Assembly (NCBI GenBank): GCA_964016885.1 | Contig: OZ024751.1 | Location: 42,470,001 to 42,534,000 of the forward strand | Length of the DNA stretch: 64,000 nucleotides | DNA from: Eledone cirrhosa | Taxonomy: Eukaryota | Direction: 5' to 3' | Shown: in pieces, positions 13,681 through 27,090 of the stretch | Layout of the letters: each line of letters starts with the position of its first letter | Numbering within the stretch: position 1 is the first letter of the stretch | Notes under the pieces: model-generated | What the model was told of the DNA's origin: nothing | What the model saw: only the letters and a program-made list of their open reading frames with translations | The model's database searches: none | Translations under genes and position numbers: made by a program

Positions 13681-14544
13681 CTAGAAAGAAAAGTTAACTT
13701 AGTATTTCACTAAAAATATCTAGAGACAAGCATAAGAGAAACGTAGTGCAGTGTCTTGTTTTGTCTGAAATAAATCTGTGGAAGATGAATTAGGACTGAA
13801 GTCTTTCATATCCTCTCTGTATCTCTGTAGCTCTGTATCAGTAGTAAATCTTTATATAATTTTGTAGTAAGCCCATCTATCTGCTTGCTAGAGAGCTGAA
13901 CCCAGCACAGTTCCATGTGTTGAGTTGATCCAAGTTATGTGAGGCCTTTATTATTAATATCAAGCTATGCAATACTAGATACCTACTACTGACTGTTAAG
14001 TAATGGTATCTGTGTTACATAGTTTTAGCTCCATGCTGTTGAGTCTGTTATTTATATTATTAACCCATGCAACACAAGCTACTTAATACTGTTACATATA
14101 CACACACACACGTGTATGTATGTATGTATGTATGTATATATATATATATATTATACACAGTTCTGGATTAACCATTAAGCAAAGTAAGCATGAGATTCTG
14201 GGCACCAAATATAGAGGGTGGGGGCCTCAATATAACCAAAAGCCATATATGTTTTCGTTTTTTGTGAGACCTTTCTTTTGGTGTGATTTCTTAAAATTAT
14301 GATCATTATACACCTTATGACTTTATCAGGTTTTAATCCAGCCCTGTTTGTCTGAGAGTTTAGGTCTGTATGTGTGCGTGTGTGTATATATATATATATA
14401 TCATCATCATCATCATTTTACGTCCGCTTTTCCCTGCTTGCTAGGGTTGGACGGGCCCTATTCAGCACAGCATCTCTCCACTTGTCACTGTCGTTCATAT
14501 ATGTAAATTATGTAAATATATGTATGTATATATATATATGTATG

Positions 14545-14575
<31 letters not shown>

Positions 14576-14769
14576 ACACTTAATATACACTTCAAATGAG
14601 TTGGCTCCTTGAATTACAGATACAACTCATTTTTGCCATCTGAGTGGACTAGAACTATGTGAATTAATGTCTTGCTCAAAGACACAATGTAACACCAAGT
14701 CTGGGTATTGAACTTTCAACCTTTCACTATATCTCTCTCTCTTTCTGTCTCTCTCTCTATCTCTCTCTC

Positions 14770-14803
<34 letters not shown>

Positions 14804-15289
14804 TAATGTATATATTTCGAAGGCACTGAAATATATATAATAAAGCATATATTTTGATTATGTTAATATTTTGATTATTTGTTAATATTTTGAATAATAT
14901 TAAAACTCCAGGAAAATTTCCTTTTTGAGTGCTTTTAATCTATTGTAAAACTATTCATTGAGTAATCAAAGAACCATATTAATCTTTGGTCATATCTATC
15001 TATATATATCTATATAGCTATATATATATATATATATATGGCAGTGAGGGTTGAGAGAAGCTAAGCATGAGGTGAGCTGGAAGGAACAAATAATTCTGAT
15101 AAAACTTGTAAAACAGTGAACACTTTTGTATTTTCTGTTTTATTGTTTGTGAGGATAGTGATGTAGGCAGGGGTGTGTATGTGAGTTAGTGTTAGGATAT
15201 AAATATAATTATTAAAAATTTATATAAATATATGACGGCGATGAATTTGTTTTGTGAGGTTTTTGATATGAAATCGTGTGTCCAACCAA

Positions 15290-15720
15290 ATATTGTTACA
15301 CTTGGGGAGGGTCATATTGTTGTAATAATATTGCCAGAATTAATAACAGAACACATTTCTCTGTTTGGTTGGTTTTCGCTTCTGTATCTTTTATATCAGT
15401 TAATTCATTCGGTCCTCAATGTTTACCATTGACTGACCAAAGGTAAAAAATACAGATATAATATAGATATAAAGACATATATATAGTCTAACAAAGTTCT
15501 TTCGTTGCACATCTGCAACATCGTCAGTGGTGCTATTATGTTCCTCCTGTTGTATTGTATATTTATGCCATCTTTATTTAATCTGTTTATTTATTTAACT
15601 GAATGAATTAACTGATATAAAAGATACTGAAGCGAAAACCAACCAAAAAGTGAGTGTGTTCTGTTATTAATTCTGGCAATATTATTACAACAATATGACC
15701 CTCTCCAAGTATAACAATAT
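15290..15720. repeat. Inverted repeat, about 123-bp arms and about 185-bp spacer
   Basis: 15290-15413 versus 15598-15720 with few mismatches, next to TA-rich runs. Confidence 0.85.
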
Positions 15721-16331
15721 ATAAATATATATAAGTAATATATGTATATAATATATATATGTATATAATATATATATGTATATAATAATATATGTATATA
15801 ATATATATATGTAATATTTATATAATATAAGTATACTATATATAGTCAATCATTTGTGAAGACTGACCAAAGTCTACATCCGCCTATGGTGTTATTCTGA
15901 TAAAGCCACTTGCTCTAATCAGCTGCTTAAGTGTGTTGACTTCAAGTGCAGATTTTAGGAGTGTTTTGACATGCAATAGTTCTCTACTTTTCTGTTTACA
16001 ACTACAGCACTTCCTTCATCTCAATCAAATACAACCACTCTTTGCTTCTCTATATTTTTTTTTACCCCAAGTACAATATTCCTGAGAATTTGATCTGTTA
16101 ACTCTTAATATCCTGTAATGATTTAGCAGAAAATGTCTAAAGACAGGGTCCTTCAATTCAAATGGTATCTTTATTAGTGGACATATTGTGAAAATTTACA
16201 GTATTAACTCTTAATGTCCTGTAATGATTTAACAGAAATATTTATATTATCTTTCAGCCCCCTCCCTCCATATAGTGATCTAGTACTATAACAACAAAGC
16301 ACCAGATTTGTTGTTTCAAGTTTCTATATTA

Positions 16332-16635
16332 TCTATATATCTAAAACAGAGAATGTCTGTCCGATCACTAAAACTCGAGAACCACCCAACCGATTGTTTT
16401 CAAACTTTACACATGTAATACTTATGGTCCTGTGAGTGTTTTGAGCAAAAAAAAATTTAAATTTTCAATGTTTTAGGGACCGCATTAGGCAATTTAGCGA
16501 TCTCTCTCTATAACTCTTTCTCTTTTTAGATAGATACATAGATATAACGTTGTGCCCTTATAATATGTCTGTATGCCTTGCTGTCTGCATTACGACATTA
16601 TGACGTAGCTGTCTGTGTGTATATATGTATATATA

Positions 16636-16701
<66 letters not shown>

Positions 16702-17009
16702 CACGTTTTTTTTACTTCTGTGTTCACAGATTGATTTTTTTTAGTTTCAGAAGATCCTGTTAAGGGTGAAAGCAGCGATTCTTTGCTTAAACTTTAATCT
16801 GTTATTTTAATATCATCATCATCATCGTTTAACGTCCATCTTCCACGCTTGCATATATAATTATATATTCGTGTACAGATATTTTTGCATACACAATAAC
16901 AAAATATAAACAAACGTATTTATTTCACGGGGCTCAATAAGGAGAAATATATGTCAAATATATAAGAACCCTAGAGCAAATCCCGAGCAACGCCGGACCA
17001 TTCTGTTAG
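16332..17009 (+). mobile_element. Non-autonomous Helitron-like element
   Basis: 5' TCtatatatctaaaa and 3' cccgagcaacgccgg hairpin-like motif followed by (c>t)TAG|T. It has internal microsatellites and appears to interrupt MITE sequence. Confidence 0.6.
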
Positions 17010-19687
17010 TCTTTACTAATTCGACAGATCATTGTGAAAATTTGCCTCCACAATAAAATGGTGGGGTTCTTCAATTTTTTTTTTGTTTTCTCTTATGTAT
17101 GTAGTGACTAAAAGTAAAGCTTAATCAAAACTTAATGATAAAAATTATTTCAAAGGCTGTATAACAATTATTTTGTTTTTGTCATTGCGGTAAAAAATTA
17201 GTTAGTACAATGTTGAGCTGAAAATAACAGCTAATTTGAATGTTCCATAAATAATCACTTTTAGGATTGGCGAGGATGAATTTGTTTATAAATGTGTTTA
17301 GTTGCTGTCTTTTAACTGTTTATTTGGTTTGTCACTTCAGTAAACAAAAAAAACAAAAAAAGTTCTTTGTTTAGTCAATGATTTGTTATTAGAAAACACC
17401 GTTCCCCCTATCATACCCGAGGTATTATTAGATTCAGTATTCACTTTGTTATAAACACATCCAACTCTTCATTCCTCCCCAGCTTCCATTTTGTTTATAT
17501 GTAATTACGTGATGCAATTTGCACCACTTAACAGAATCGATTTAGTGTTCGTATAGAATTCTATTGGGGGTTATTCCTGAAGCTTGGTAAAGAATTATTA
17601 AATATAGAAATATTATCACAGGAGTTCTTCTCTTGCTAATACATGAATACATAATGAAATTTGTTGGCAGTTGAGAAGATAATTATTTCTTACTTGCGTC
17701 ATCTCTCTCTCTCTCAAGCCACATCCTTTTGAAGTGGTTAGCTGATATGGTTGATCAGCTGTATGGCCATCTGCATCTTTGACTCTCTAGGGGAGATATT
17801 ACAGCTATTACAGCCTACGTAGCAGCTAACAGAAGTATCTTAAGATTGCATTCTCCACACTTGAATAATAACCCCCTCCCCCCCATCTCTTTGAATCTTT
17901 ATTTTAGCCAATCAATAAATAAATAGTTCACTAGATTTGATCTCATCTGATACTTAACTTCATATTGTACATTATTAACTCTACAACTGATGCTTTTGTT
18001 GTTTAGAAAATAGAATTATTTTACTTCAGGGGATAAATTGAAAGAAAAAAAACCCCATTAATTTAGATTCATTTTTATAACTCCAACTTTGAGATTTCCT
18101 GTAGCTTAAAAATTCAGTCATAATGAAAGCAAATGTTTCCTGTTGCCCTTGGGTTAATAATAAAAAATGTATTCCTCGCTGGTACCCTTAGGAAACAAAA
18201 GTATCCTAATTCTATATTTCCCCTCTCTATAACTTAAAGCTCCACACCTAATCAAGAAGTCTTTTCATGATACAATTTCACTGGCTTTATAATTTACAGT
18301 GTAATTAATTACACTGGGTACATTATATTAGAACTATGATGGTAACGGAGGAAATATATCCCATATATACTGGAATATAAGCCGACTCCCTAATTGTATA
18401 GTGATATTAATGTTAGTCAGCCAAGGAAAATACCTTAACTGTTCAAGTTTTACTAAATATGCTGCTCAGACAATGGTCATGTTTTCTTTTTTCTATTAAG
18501 TTTTATGTCTGTGAAACAGGCAAAAATTCAAATCCCGTTTATAAGCTGAGGTAGCTAATCAGCACATTGTTTAAATGGTTTTGAAATTCTTATGAGTGGA
18601 AGAATATATTTATGAAGTTTTAATATTTTGTTATTTAAAATGTTATTTGTTATTTAATATTTTGTTATTTAAGTGTCATTTAGAGAATATCTTTAATTTC
18701 ACAACTCCATTACGTAATAATTATTTTTACCAATTTCCGACTGTTTTGAAAGCCATATTCATTCAAAACACAAAAAAAAACAATAGGAAAAACTAATTTC
18801 ACATTGGAAGTGAAACCAATGTAATATTTATCTCCAAAGTAACTATATTTTAGCACCTCATTTATATAGAATTAGTAAGTCAGTGAAAATCAGCAAAATA
18901 TTGTTATTCAATCTAATCTAACTTATTTTACCATCAATTTAAAAAAAGATTCTCTGCAGTAATGTCTTTGCCATCGCTCAGATTGGAGTGTAGTGTCTTT
19001 CCCTCTCTCTTTCTTTTGCTGCTTATTCCTCCTCTTTTCTTTTATTTTTTTTCCTTTTAATAGTGTGTTATGTTTGTCATTAGATACTGCTCAATAATAT
19101 TTGTATAATGTCAATGGGTTTTTTATGATATGATATTGTGAGATTTTATATGTTGATTATGTTTATCTGTGTTTAGTTTGTTAAATTAATGTATTTCAAA
19201 TCATGAATCTATTTTCAGCTTATATACTAGTATATAATAGCAATTGAAAGAAAACCTATATTTCATATTATTTTAGATAAGATTAGGATAAAATTATACT
19301 GAAATTAGGATATAGAACTTGTCCACGTCACTTATGATCTAGTAGTTTTATATCATCTGTTGTTAATTTATGTGTATCTCTTGGAGATATGAATAAACAT
19401 ACGTATATGTATGCTGTATGCAAACACAGACGTATACCCGTCCACATTTAACTATATGTAAATGTCATAGCTATCTGGCAATTTTATCTTATGTCAAGTA
19501 CTTTTCTTGCTTCTAGACTTACATAGATTAGATTAAATTTCACTAGTTTAGTTGATAAAAAGGTGCAGCAGTAAAAGTGTGTTGTTGCTTTTTGTTGGTT
19601 TTTCAACTAAGCTTTATTTATTTATCGGTTTTTATTATTTTTATTTTTTATTAGTGTTTGATTGAAAGGATGGCAATTATTGTCACA

Positions 19688-19935
19688 AAGTGTATATAGT
19701 GTGTTAGAGTAGTTGTGGAGTGTATATAATGTGTGTGAGCAGTTGTGGAGTACATATAGAATGTTAGGGTTGTCATGGAGTGTATATAGTGTGAGAGTAG
19801 TTGTGAAGTGTATATATAGTGTTATGTGGAGTGTATATAGACTGTTAGGATTGACATGGAGTGTATATAGAATGATAGGGTTGTCTTGGAGTGTGTATGT
19901 ATGTATATATAGTATATAGTGTTAGGGTAGTTGTT
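19688..19935. repeat. Degenerate tandem repeat, about 30-bp unit
   Basis: Recurring gtggagtgtatatag..tgttagggt. Confidence 0.75.
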
Positions 19936-20639
19936 AAATCTTTAGTAAAAAAAAAAAATAAAATAAAAAAAAGCCTGTTTAATTTATGTAGTAAATAAAA
20001 ACATATATTTCAGATGTTTCCTGCTTGTTTCTTATACATCTGACAAGTTTAAATTAATGTTTTGATTAATACTGGAGGAGGAAATTGAATGCTTTTTATT
20101 TATAAATAAACATTTGTATGGTATGTGCTGGAAGCCTTTATTCATTCATAAACTACATCCTCACTCAGAAATATTTCAGTTTAACTGGTAAACTTTAGAA
20201 TACATGAGACTAATATGATTTCTGCCAGTTGTGATTGGTAGATATTATCATTAATGGAAAGACCAATGGAATCATTGTTTATATTGTTTCCTTGGTTTCA
20301 ATTTGACAAGTTCCTCTCCACTTGGTAAGTGAATGAGGCTGGAATCTTGTTGATCAATCTCCAATTGATCGAATATGATTGACACACAGTCTCTTTGAAA
20401 GTAGAGTGAAACAATTTAAGGAAATATTATTTCAATACTGGACATAGCATTATCTAACGTTCCTTTGAAAATAGAGTGAGGGGATTTGAGTTTTAGTCTG
20501 TTGTCTCTGGCTGAGAGTATCTAAAATCGGCCCCTATTTGGAGTTATGGAATCTCCACCAAATCTCTTTCCTTGACTTTGAAATACTAGCTTAGTTTTTG
20601 GCCTGTGTTGCTTTTATAATGGCATTAGGTCTATCACAT

Positions 20640-20928
20640 AAAAGGGTGCATTTATTATGGCACCAACACCACCACATAAAACGATGAACTGGGTGCTTTT
20701 ATCATGGCGCCAATACTACCACTCTGGTAACTAGATGCATTTAAGGTAGCACCAACACTACCGTCTTAAAGGGTGAACTGGGTACATTTATCATGGCGCC
20801 AAAACTACCACTTTAAAAAGGTGAACTGGATACATTTATTGGTGAACCAACACTACCACATAAAAGGGTGAACTGGGTGTGTTTAGTATGAAACCAATAC
20901 TACAATTTTAGAAAGTGTACTGGGTGTA
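20640..20928. repeat. Degenerate array (about 47-bp unit) related to the terminal satellite
   Basis: Recurring atggcaccaacactaccac...gaactgggtgc.ttt. Confidence 0.8.
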
Positions 20929-22097
20929 CACACACATGTGTGTGATTAGTCTTGCTGTGAAGAGCAGTTTCATTAATCCACAACTGAACTTTTAGTTTTA
21001 ACCCATGAGTAACCTTCACAGCAAGTGTAAGTTCACTTTCATCTAGTAGCTATAAAGATATATTGTGACATTGTATGTACCAAAACAGAGCATGGCTAAT
21101 AACTGTGTATCTGTGTTGTAATGACTGATTCTAGATATCTTTAGATATGTTATGTAAACTGCATCCAGTGGCAAGCTTCCAGTTTGGCAATTCAGGAGCT
21201 GTGGGGAATGTGGAGTTACCCCTTAGTTGTTATCACTCCCAGGTCTGCTCTGGCCTGGAGTAGTAGACCTGTTAGGGCCACATTTATGGGTTAAATAATT
21301 ACCTTATTCGAGTGGTGCCGGTAAGGTATTATCAGCCATTGAAAAGAAAAAAAAAATGTTATTTTTGAATTTGTTGTAGTAGTAGTAGTACTGTTAGTAC
21401 TACTAGTACTGATTTTAGTTATCTTAGGTTGTGGTAGCACATGACTTAGTGGTTAGAGAGTTGGATTCACAACAGTGAGGTTGTGAGTTTAATTCCTAGA
21501 CCAGGCGATGTGTTGCTCCTTCTGCCAGGAGTTATGACCAGTAGATAACATTAGCAATTGGAAAGACCAATGAAAATATTGTTTCCTTGGTCTAATTTGA
21601 CGAGTTCAACCTCACTCGGTAACTAAATGATGTCTGGGATCTTGTTGATTTGTTTTTAAAAAAAAAATGTTATGTAATACAATGTCTGAATATGTAGTAG
21701 TGGTGTAACTATTACTATTACTGCCACCACTGAATTATTGAAGCTGTGAAATAGTGTTATTTTTCCTTTCCTTTTCCATCTTGAATTAGCCAACTGGTGT
21801 TTAAATATTTGAACATGTGTAATAAGAGAAGAAATATGTAGTAAAATATATAATTAGTTTATGGGGCTAATTTGACTAATTAATCAATGTTGGATTGTTA
21901 TAATAGAAAAATATGATGCTAGTTTTCAGTGTTCTCTTTTATATTTGCAACCATTCACACTCAATGGAACGTGGGACAGTAGGTAAGCGAAACACAGATC
22001 CCTGGCCTGTTTGGGAGATCACTGGTTCTGCTTCAGTATGAACTTGGTCTATATAGACCCATCCAACCTTTGCTAGTAGGGAACCTGGACGTTATAT

Positions 22098-22129
<32 letters not shown>

Positions 22130-22131
<2 letters not shown>

Positions 22132-22524
22132 CATCATCATCGTTTTACGTCCGTTCTTCCAGCATGGGTTAGACGGATTGTCCTGTTGTGGGCAGTGTCC
22201 GGTCGGCAAGACCTTGTCTTGCTCATACGGGAACTGATTCTGGCTTGATTTCTACATACAGCTGAATGCCCTTCCTAACACCAACCTCATTTACAGCGAG
22301 TGGTGGGTGCTTTTTTGCCGTGGCATCTCCACGACCACTTTGCAGTGGAATGATAGGGACCCCAGTCCCTATAATCTCATTTCTACAGATGAGTTAACTG
22401 GAGCAATGTGAAATAAAGTGTCTTGTTCAAGGAAACACCACAATACAACACCCGGTCCGAGAATTGAACTCGCAACCTTTCGATTGCAAGCCTAATACTC
22501 TAACCGCTAAGCCATGCGCCTTCA
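22130..22524 (-). mobile_element. tRNA-derived SINE, same subfamily as 132-489
   Basis: High-identity reverse complement, including the body ctgcaaagtggtcgtggag and the (cat)n tail. Confidence 0.85.
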
Positions 22525-22577
<53 letters not shown>

Positions 22578-22716
22578 GCTAAGTGGTGAGCCATGTTATC
22601 TTGGAGTTTCACCTGTACACTTGCTGGATCACCAGGGTAACAAGGCTCACCATTTAGCCATAATAAATTGATATTTGCGCCTTGTTTTGATATTGAGTTC
22701 TCATTCTCCCATCTGT

Positions 22717-22757
<41 letters not shown>

Positions 22758-22819
22758 ACCTAACTCGTCCCTTGGACTGAGTGCTCGACCACTACGGATA
22801 TTACCTTCCAGTGTTCCAC

Positions 22820-22853
<34 letters not shown>

Positions 22854-22875
22854 GTGGAACACTATACTCGGGATC

Positions 22876-22915
22876 CCGAGCTGAAGATCCACTAAGGTGA
22901 AACAATTGTTCTCGG
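22876..22915 (+). ncRNA. Minimal type-I hammerhead ribozyme motif
   Basis: ccgag CTGAAGA t cc-actaa-gg t GAAAC aatt GTT ctcgg. It has a 5-bp stem I, the conserved core, a short stem II, a palindromic tetraloop and a GUU triplet. Confidence 0.75.
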
Positions 22916-23008
22916 TATGGTGAACTAACTGTTGTGTAACCACTTCTATATATATATAATCAGGTTACCATCTGTGTTCATCCATGCTGGCATTTATAAA
23001 CTTAACCA

Positions 23009-23063
<55 letters not shown>

Positions 23064-24392
23064 TTCCTGATTGCTTTTATAAACCCACCATTCTAGACAT
23101 GGCTTTAATGTTCTTACCAAAGTCACTGTTCCAATGAAATTCTCTCAATTATCCTACCAGCTGTCAGTGTTCTCACTATAGTTGTCATTAGCAATGGAGC
23201 GTACATCCTTACTAAATTCTCATGCTATGGAATTGTTATCCTGGGTCCCAGCTTTCATATATTTCCTCTTTCACCTTTTGCTCTTGCACTCGATCATGGC
23301 ATCCTCTTCCTTCATAAAAATCTGGAATTGTTTTATTTTGCTAGATAGTCGCCCCCCCCCCCCCCCCCAACAAAAACAACAAAAAAACGAAGCAACAACA
23401 AAAATAAACCATTAAAAAAAAAAACTCATCCGCTTTTCACTTTTTTGATACCAACAACCAGCCAGGATTTGTGATAACAATACTCCTTGTTTTAAAATGT
23501 TTATCTTTATATTAAAACCTTTCATCATAATTATATTGTAGGAATTTGAAAGTAATATTCTAAATATCAGCTTCCAAGATCCAAGTCCTTCTCACTCTTG
23601 TTGGAGGAACCCCTCCCTGGTTGATCCCCACCATTTCCTATCTCAGGTGATATTGGGCCATGTGGGGCTGAGGTGTCAGATCGTTGTGCCATCTAGCCAT
23701 TGGCCACCCTCAGTTTTTCTTCAGTCTTGGTGTTCATTCTGTCACTCTAATAGTCCACCTGTTGTCTCTAAAACGTGAGACATGGCCAACCCATCTATAT
23801 TTGCCCATCTTGAAGGTCTCGATTTATGTCCTTCACCCAATATCAGCTTACTAATGAAAAATTGAGTTGTTCTTGGCCCACTTATTCCTCAGAGGGTCAT
23901 GGGGGAAGAGTTCTCAAACACTCCTTCCAACTGATCTTGCTGAATCCCCAAGCAAGACCAGTCGAGCTCATGGATGTTATCTAGCCATCTTACTTGGGGT
24001 CTATTAAAATTAAAGTCTTTACTCTAATAATATAGCAAATTTCCACAATGATCTATCCACTAGAAAGGTTACTATAAACAATTGAATTAACTAACCCTTT
24101 TATTTTTTTTTAGATAGTTGGATGTTAAGACTTAACCCTTTTGTTACCAACCCGACCAAAACCGGCTCTGATTCTATGAAACAAAATCACCTATTTTAAA
24201 GGTTTCCAATTTAAATTAAAATCTTCCAACATAATTTTATATAAGAACCTTACATTAATTAATGAAATAATTGATAATTTTAGTAAATCTCTCAAAATCC
24301 TTCATTAACTAATTGAAATAGTGTATTTCATTTGAAATATGGTCATGATAGGGTTAAATGAAGGATATGAATATAGTTAGGAATAGATTTAT

Positions 24393-24625
24393 TCACCATC
24401 ATCATTTTTACGTCTGCTTTTCTACGCTTGCATGGGTTGGACGGGTCCTTTTCAGCACAGCATCTCTCCACTTGCTGCGTTCCTTTGTCATCTCCTCTGT
24501 GAGTCTCAGCAATTTGAGATCAGTTCTTACCACCTCTACCCAGGTCTTCTTTGGTCTTCCTCTACTGTGGCTTCTTTCCAATAGGATTTCCTGCCACTTC
24601 TTCACCCCAGAGATTATCATCATCC
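24393..24625 (-). mobile_element. RTE-clade LINE 3' fragment
   Basis: ORF 24408..24623 reads RGRPKKTWVEVVRTDLKLLRLTEEMTKERSKWRDAV, typical of an RTE C-terminus, with a (gat)n tail. Relatives at about 8930-9130, 14400-14495 and 31390-31490. Confidence 0.85.
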
Positions 24626-24695
24626 ATGCGTGTGTCCATTTTAAATAGAAATATTACTTTTGTTCTCTATATACCTCACTGCAGTTCATATTTGA

Positions 24696-25318
24696 TAGCA
24701 TGTGGTTACATATGCCTTTGGTACACACATGTAGCATGTGGTTACATATGCCTTTGGTACACACATGTAGCATGTGGTTACATATGCCTTTGGTACACAC
24801 ATGTAGCATGTGGTTACATATGCCTTTGGTACGCACATGTAGCATGTGGTTACATATGCCTTTGGTACACACATGTAGCATGTGGTTACATATGCCTTTG
24901 GTACACACATGTAGCATGTGGTTACATATGCCTTTGGTACACACATGTAGCATGTGGTTACATATGCCTTTGGTACACACATGTAGCATGTGGTTACATA
25001 TGCCTTTGGTACACACATGTAGCATGTGGTTACATATGCCTTTGGTACACACATGTAGCATGTGGTTACATATGCCTTTGGTACACACATGTAGCATGTG
25101 GTTACATATGCCTTTGGTACACACATGTAGCATGTGGTTACATATGCCTTTGGTACGCACATGTAGCATGTGGTTACATATGCCTTTGGTACACACACAT
25201 GTAGCATGTGGTTACATATGCCTTTGGTACACACATGTAGCATGTGGTTACATATGCCTTTGGTACACACACATGTAGCATGTGGTTACATATGCCTTTG
25301 GTACGCACATGTAGCATG
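24696..25318. repeat. 36-bp minisatellite, about 17 copies
   Basis: Unit gtagcatgtggttacatatgcctttggtacacacat, nearly invariant. Confidence 0.97.
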
Positions 25319-25663
25319 CACATTTATCTTCATTTGATGTGAACAGCTGTGGGAATATGAGCCAACAAAATTGACAACTGTTTAATTTTAGACTATTTAG
25401 ATTAAGTGAACAGTTATGGGTGCGTCCCTTTCATTACACAGCAAATATAGAAAATATATAATCACAATTGATTTCAATAGAATTGCATTGTTGTTATTGT
25501 AGTAGTTGTTGTTATTGTTGTAGTTGTTGTTATTGTTGTTTTTGTTATTATAGTTATTATAGCTGTTATTTTGTTGTTGTTGTTGTAGTTTTTATTGTTA
25601 TTGAAACTGTTGTTTTTGTTTAGCTCTAGATATCTGATCATGTAAGGTATTCAAGCTGTGACC

Positions 25664-25678
25664 ATCTCTCTCTCTCTT

Positions 25679-25733
<55 letters not shown>

Positions 25734-25800
25734 TTCTCTTTCTCTCTCTCCTCTCTCTCTCTCTCTCTTTCTCTCCTCTCTCTCTCGCTCTCTCTCTCTG
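25664..25800. repeat. (CT)n microsatellite
   Basis: Direct observation. Confidence 0.95.
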
Positions 25801-26529
25801 TGTCTCAAATTTGTGGGGGAGGTGAAAGTAGATTAAATCATCCCAGTGCATTACTGGTACGGTACATTATTATATCGACCCCCCCCCCCCATAAGGATGA
25901 AAGGCAAAGCTAACCGTGATGGCATTTGAACTGAACTCACAGCATAAGAGTTGTAACTCTTTATTTTCTAATAATAATGCTAACCCTAAAATCCCTCCCT
26001 GACTTCAGAAATATTATCACCAGTCCCACCCTTACAAGCAGGGAAAAGCGGACGTAAAATGATGATGATGATGATGATTCATAAGAGAGAGAAAAAAAGG
26101 GAGGTTTCTTTTTATTTCTCCTCAGGTCATATAATAAAAAGAACAGTTTGGTGTCTATAAGAATATCATTTCATATTTAATATATTGCAAATGAATGGCT
26201 AACTCTGCTGTCTTGAATCGTTAACATTAACGAAGAGTTTATGATTTTCAGAGTCACTGGTTCAGTGATATTTTCACTCTGTTGATAGTAGTTGCTGTCT
26301 ATCCTGGCATACACACTACCCACTACACACAGGCAACAGCCAAGTCACATACACAGCATAGTCACACACACACAGCCACATGCACATAACATATATGTGA
26401 CACACACATACAACACACACACACATTATACAATACACACACATAGCATATATTTGAACTATTAGTTCTCTTTTGTTTTGATCATGTTTTAATAATTGCT
26501 AGAAATGGTTTCCACTTTGTCTTTGTTTC

Positions 26530-27090
26530 TGTGCGTGTCTGTGTATCTGTATGTGTGTGTCTGTCTGTGAATGTCTGTCTGTGGCACTGCTTGTGTGTGT
26601 GTTAAGGTCTGTGGGATTGTGTATGTGTGGGATTGTGTGTGTGTGTGTGTGTGTGTGTATCAGACGGCAAGCATGTGCATGTCTGTGATTGCGAGCATGT
26701 GACTGCAAACGTGTGTGCATGGGTGCGCATGTGGGATTGTGAGCATGTGTGTGTGTGTGTGTGTGTGTATCTGTGTATTTGTGTGTGCATGTCAGTGTAT
26801 GACATTATATATATATGACATTATATAGATGTATGTATGTATGTATGTATATATATGTATATATATATATATGTATGTATGTATATATATATATGTATAT
26901 GTATGTATGTATATATATATATGTATATCTATGTATGTATGTATATATATATGTATATCTATGTATGTATGTATGTATGTATATGTATGTATGTATGTAT
27001 ATGTATGTATGTATGTATATATGTGTATGTATGTATGTGTATGTATGTGTATGTATGTATATATATCTGTATGTATATGTGTGTTTATGT
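26530..27090. repeat. Compound (GT)n/(TATG)n/(TA)n low-complexity tract
   Basis: Direct observation. Confidence 0.9.

Noticed and set aside
24551-25278. Long 180-217 aa Cys/His-rich ORFs
   Set aside because: They are produced by a 36-bp tandem repeat that lacks stops in several frames.
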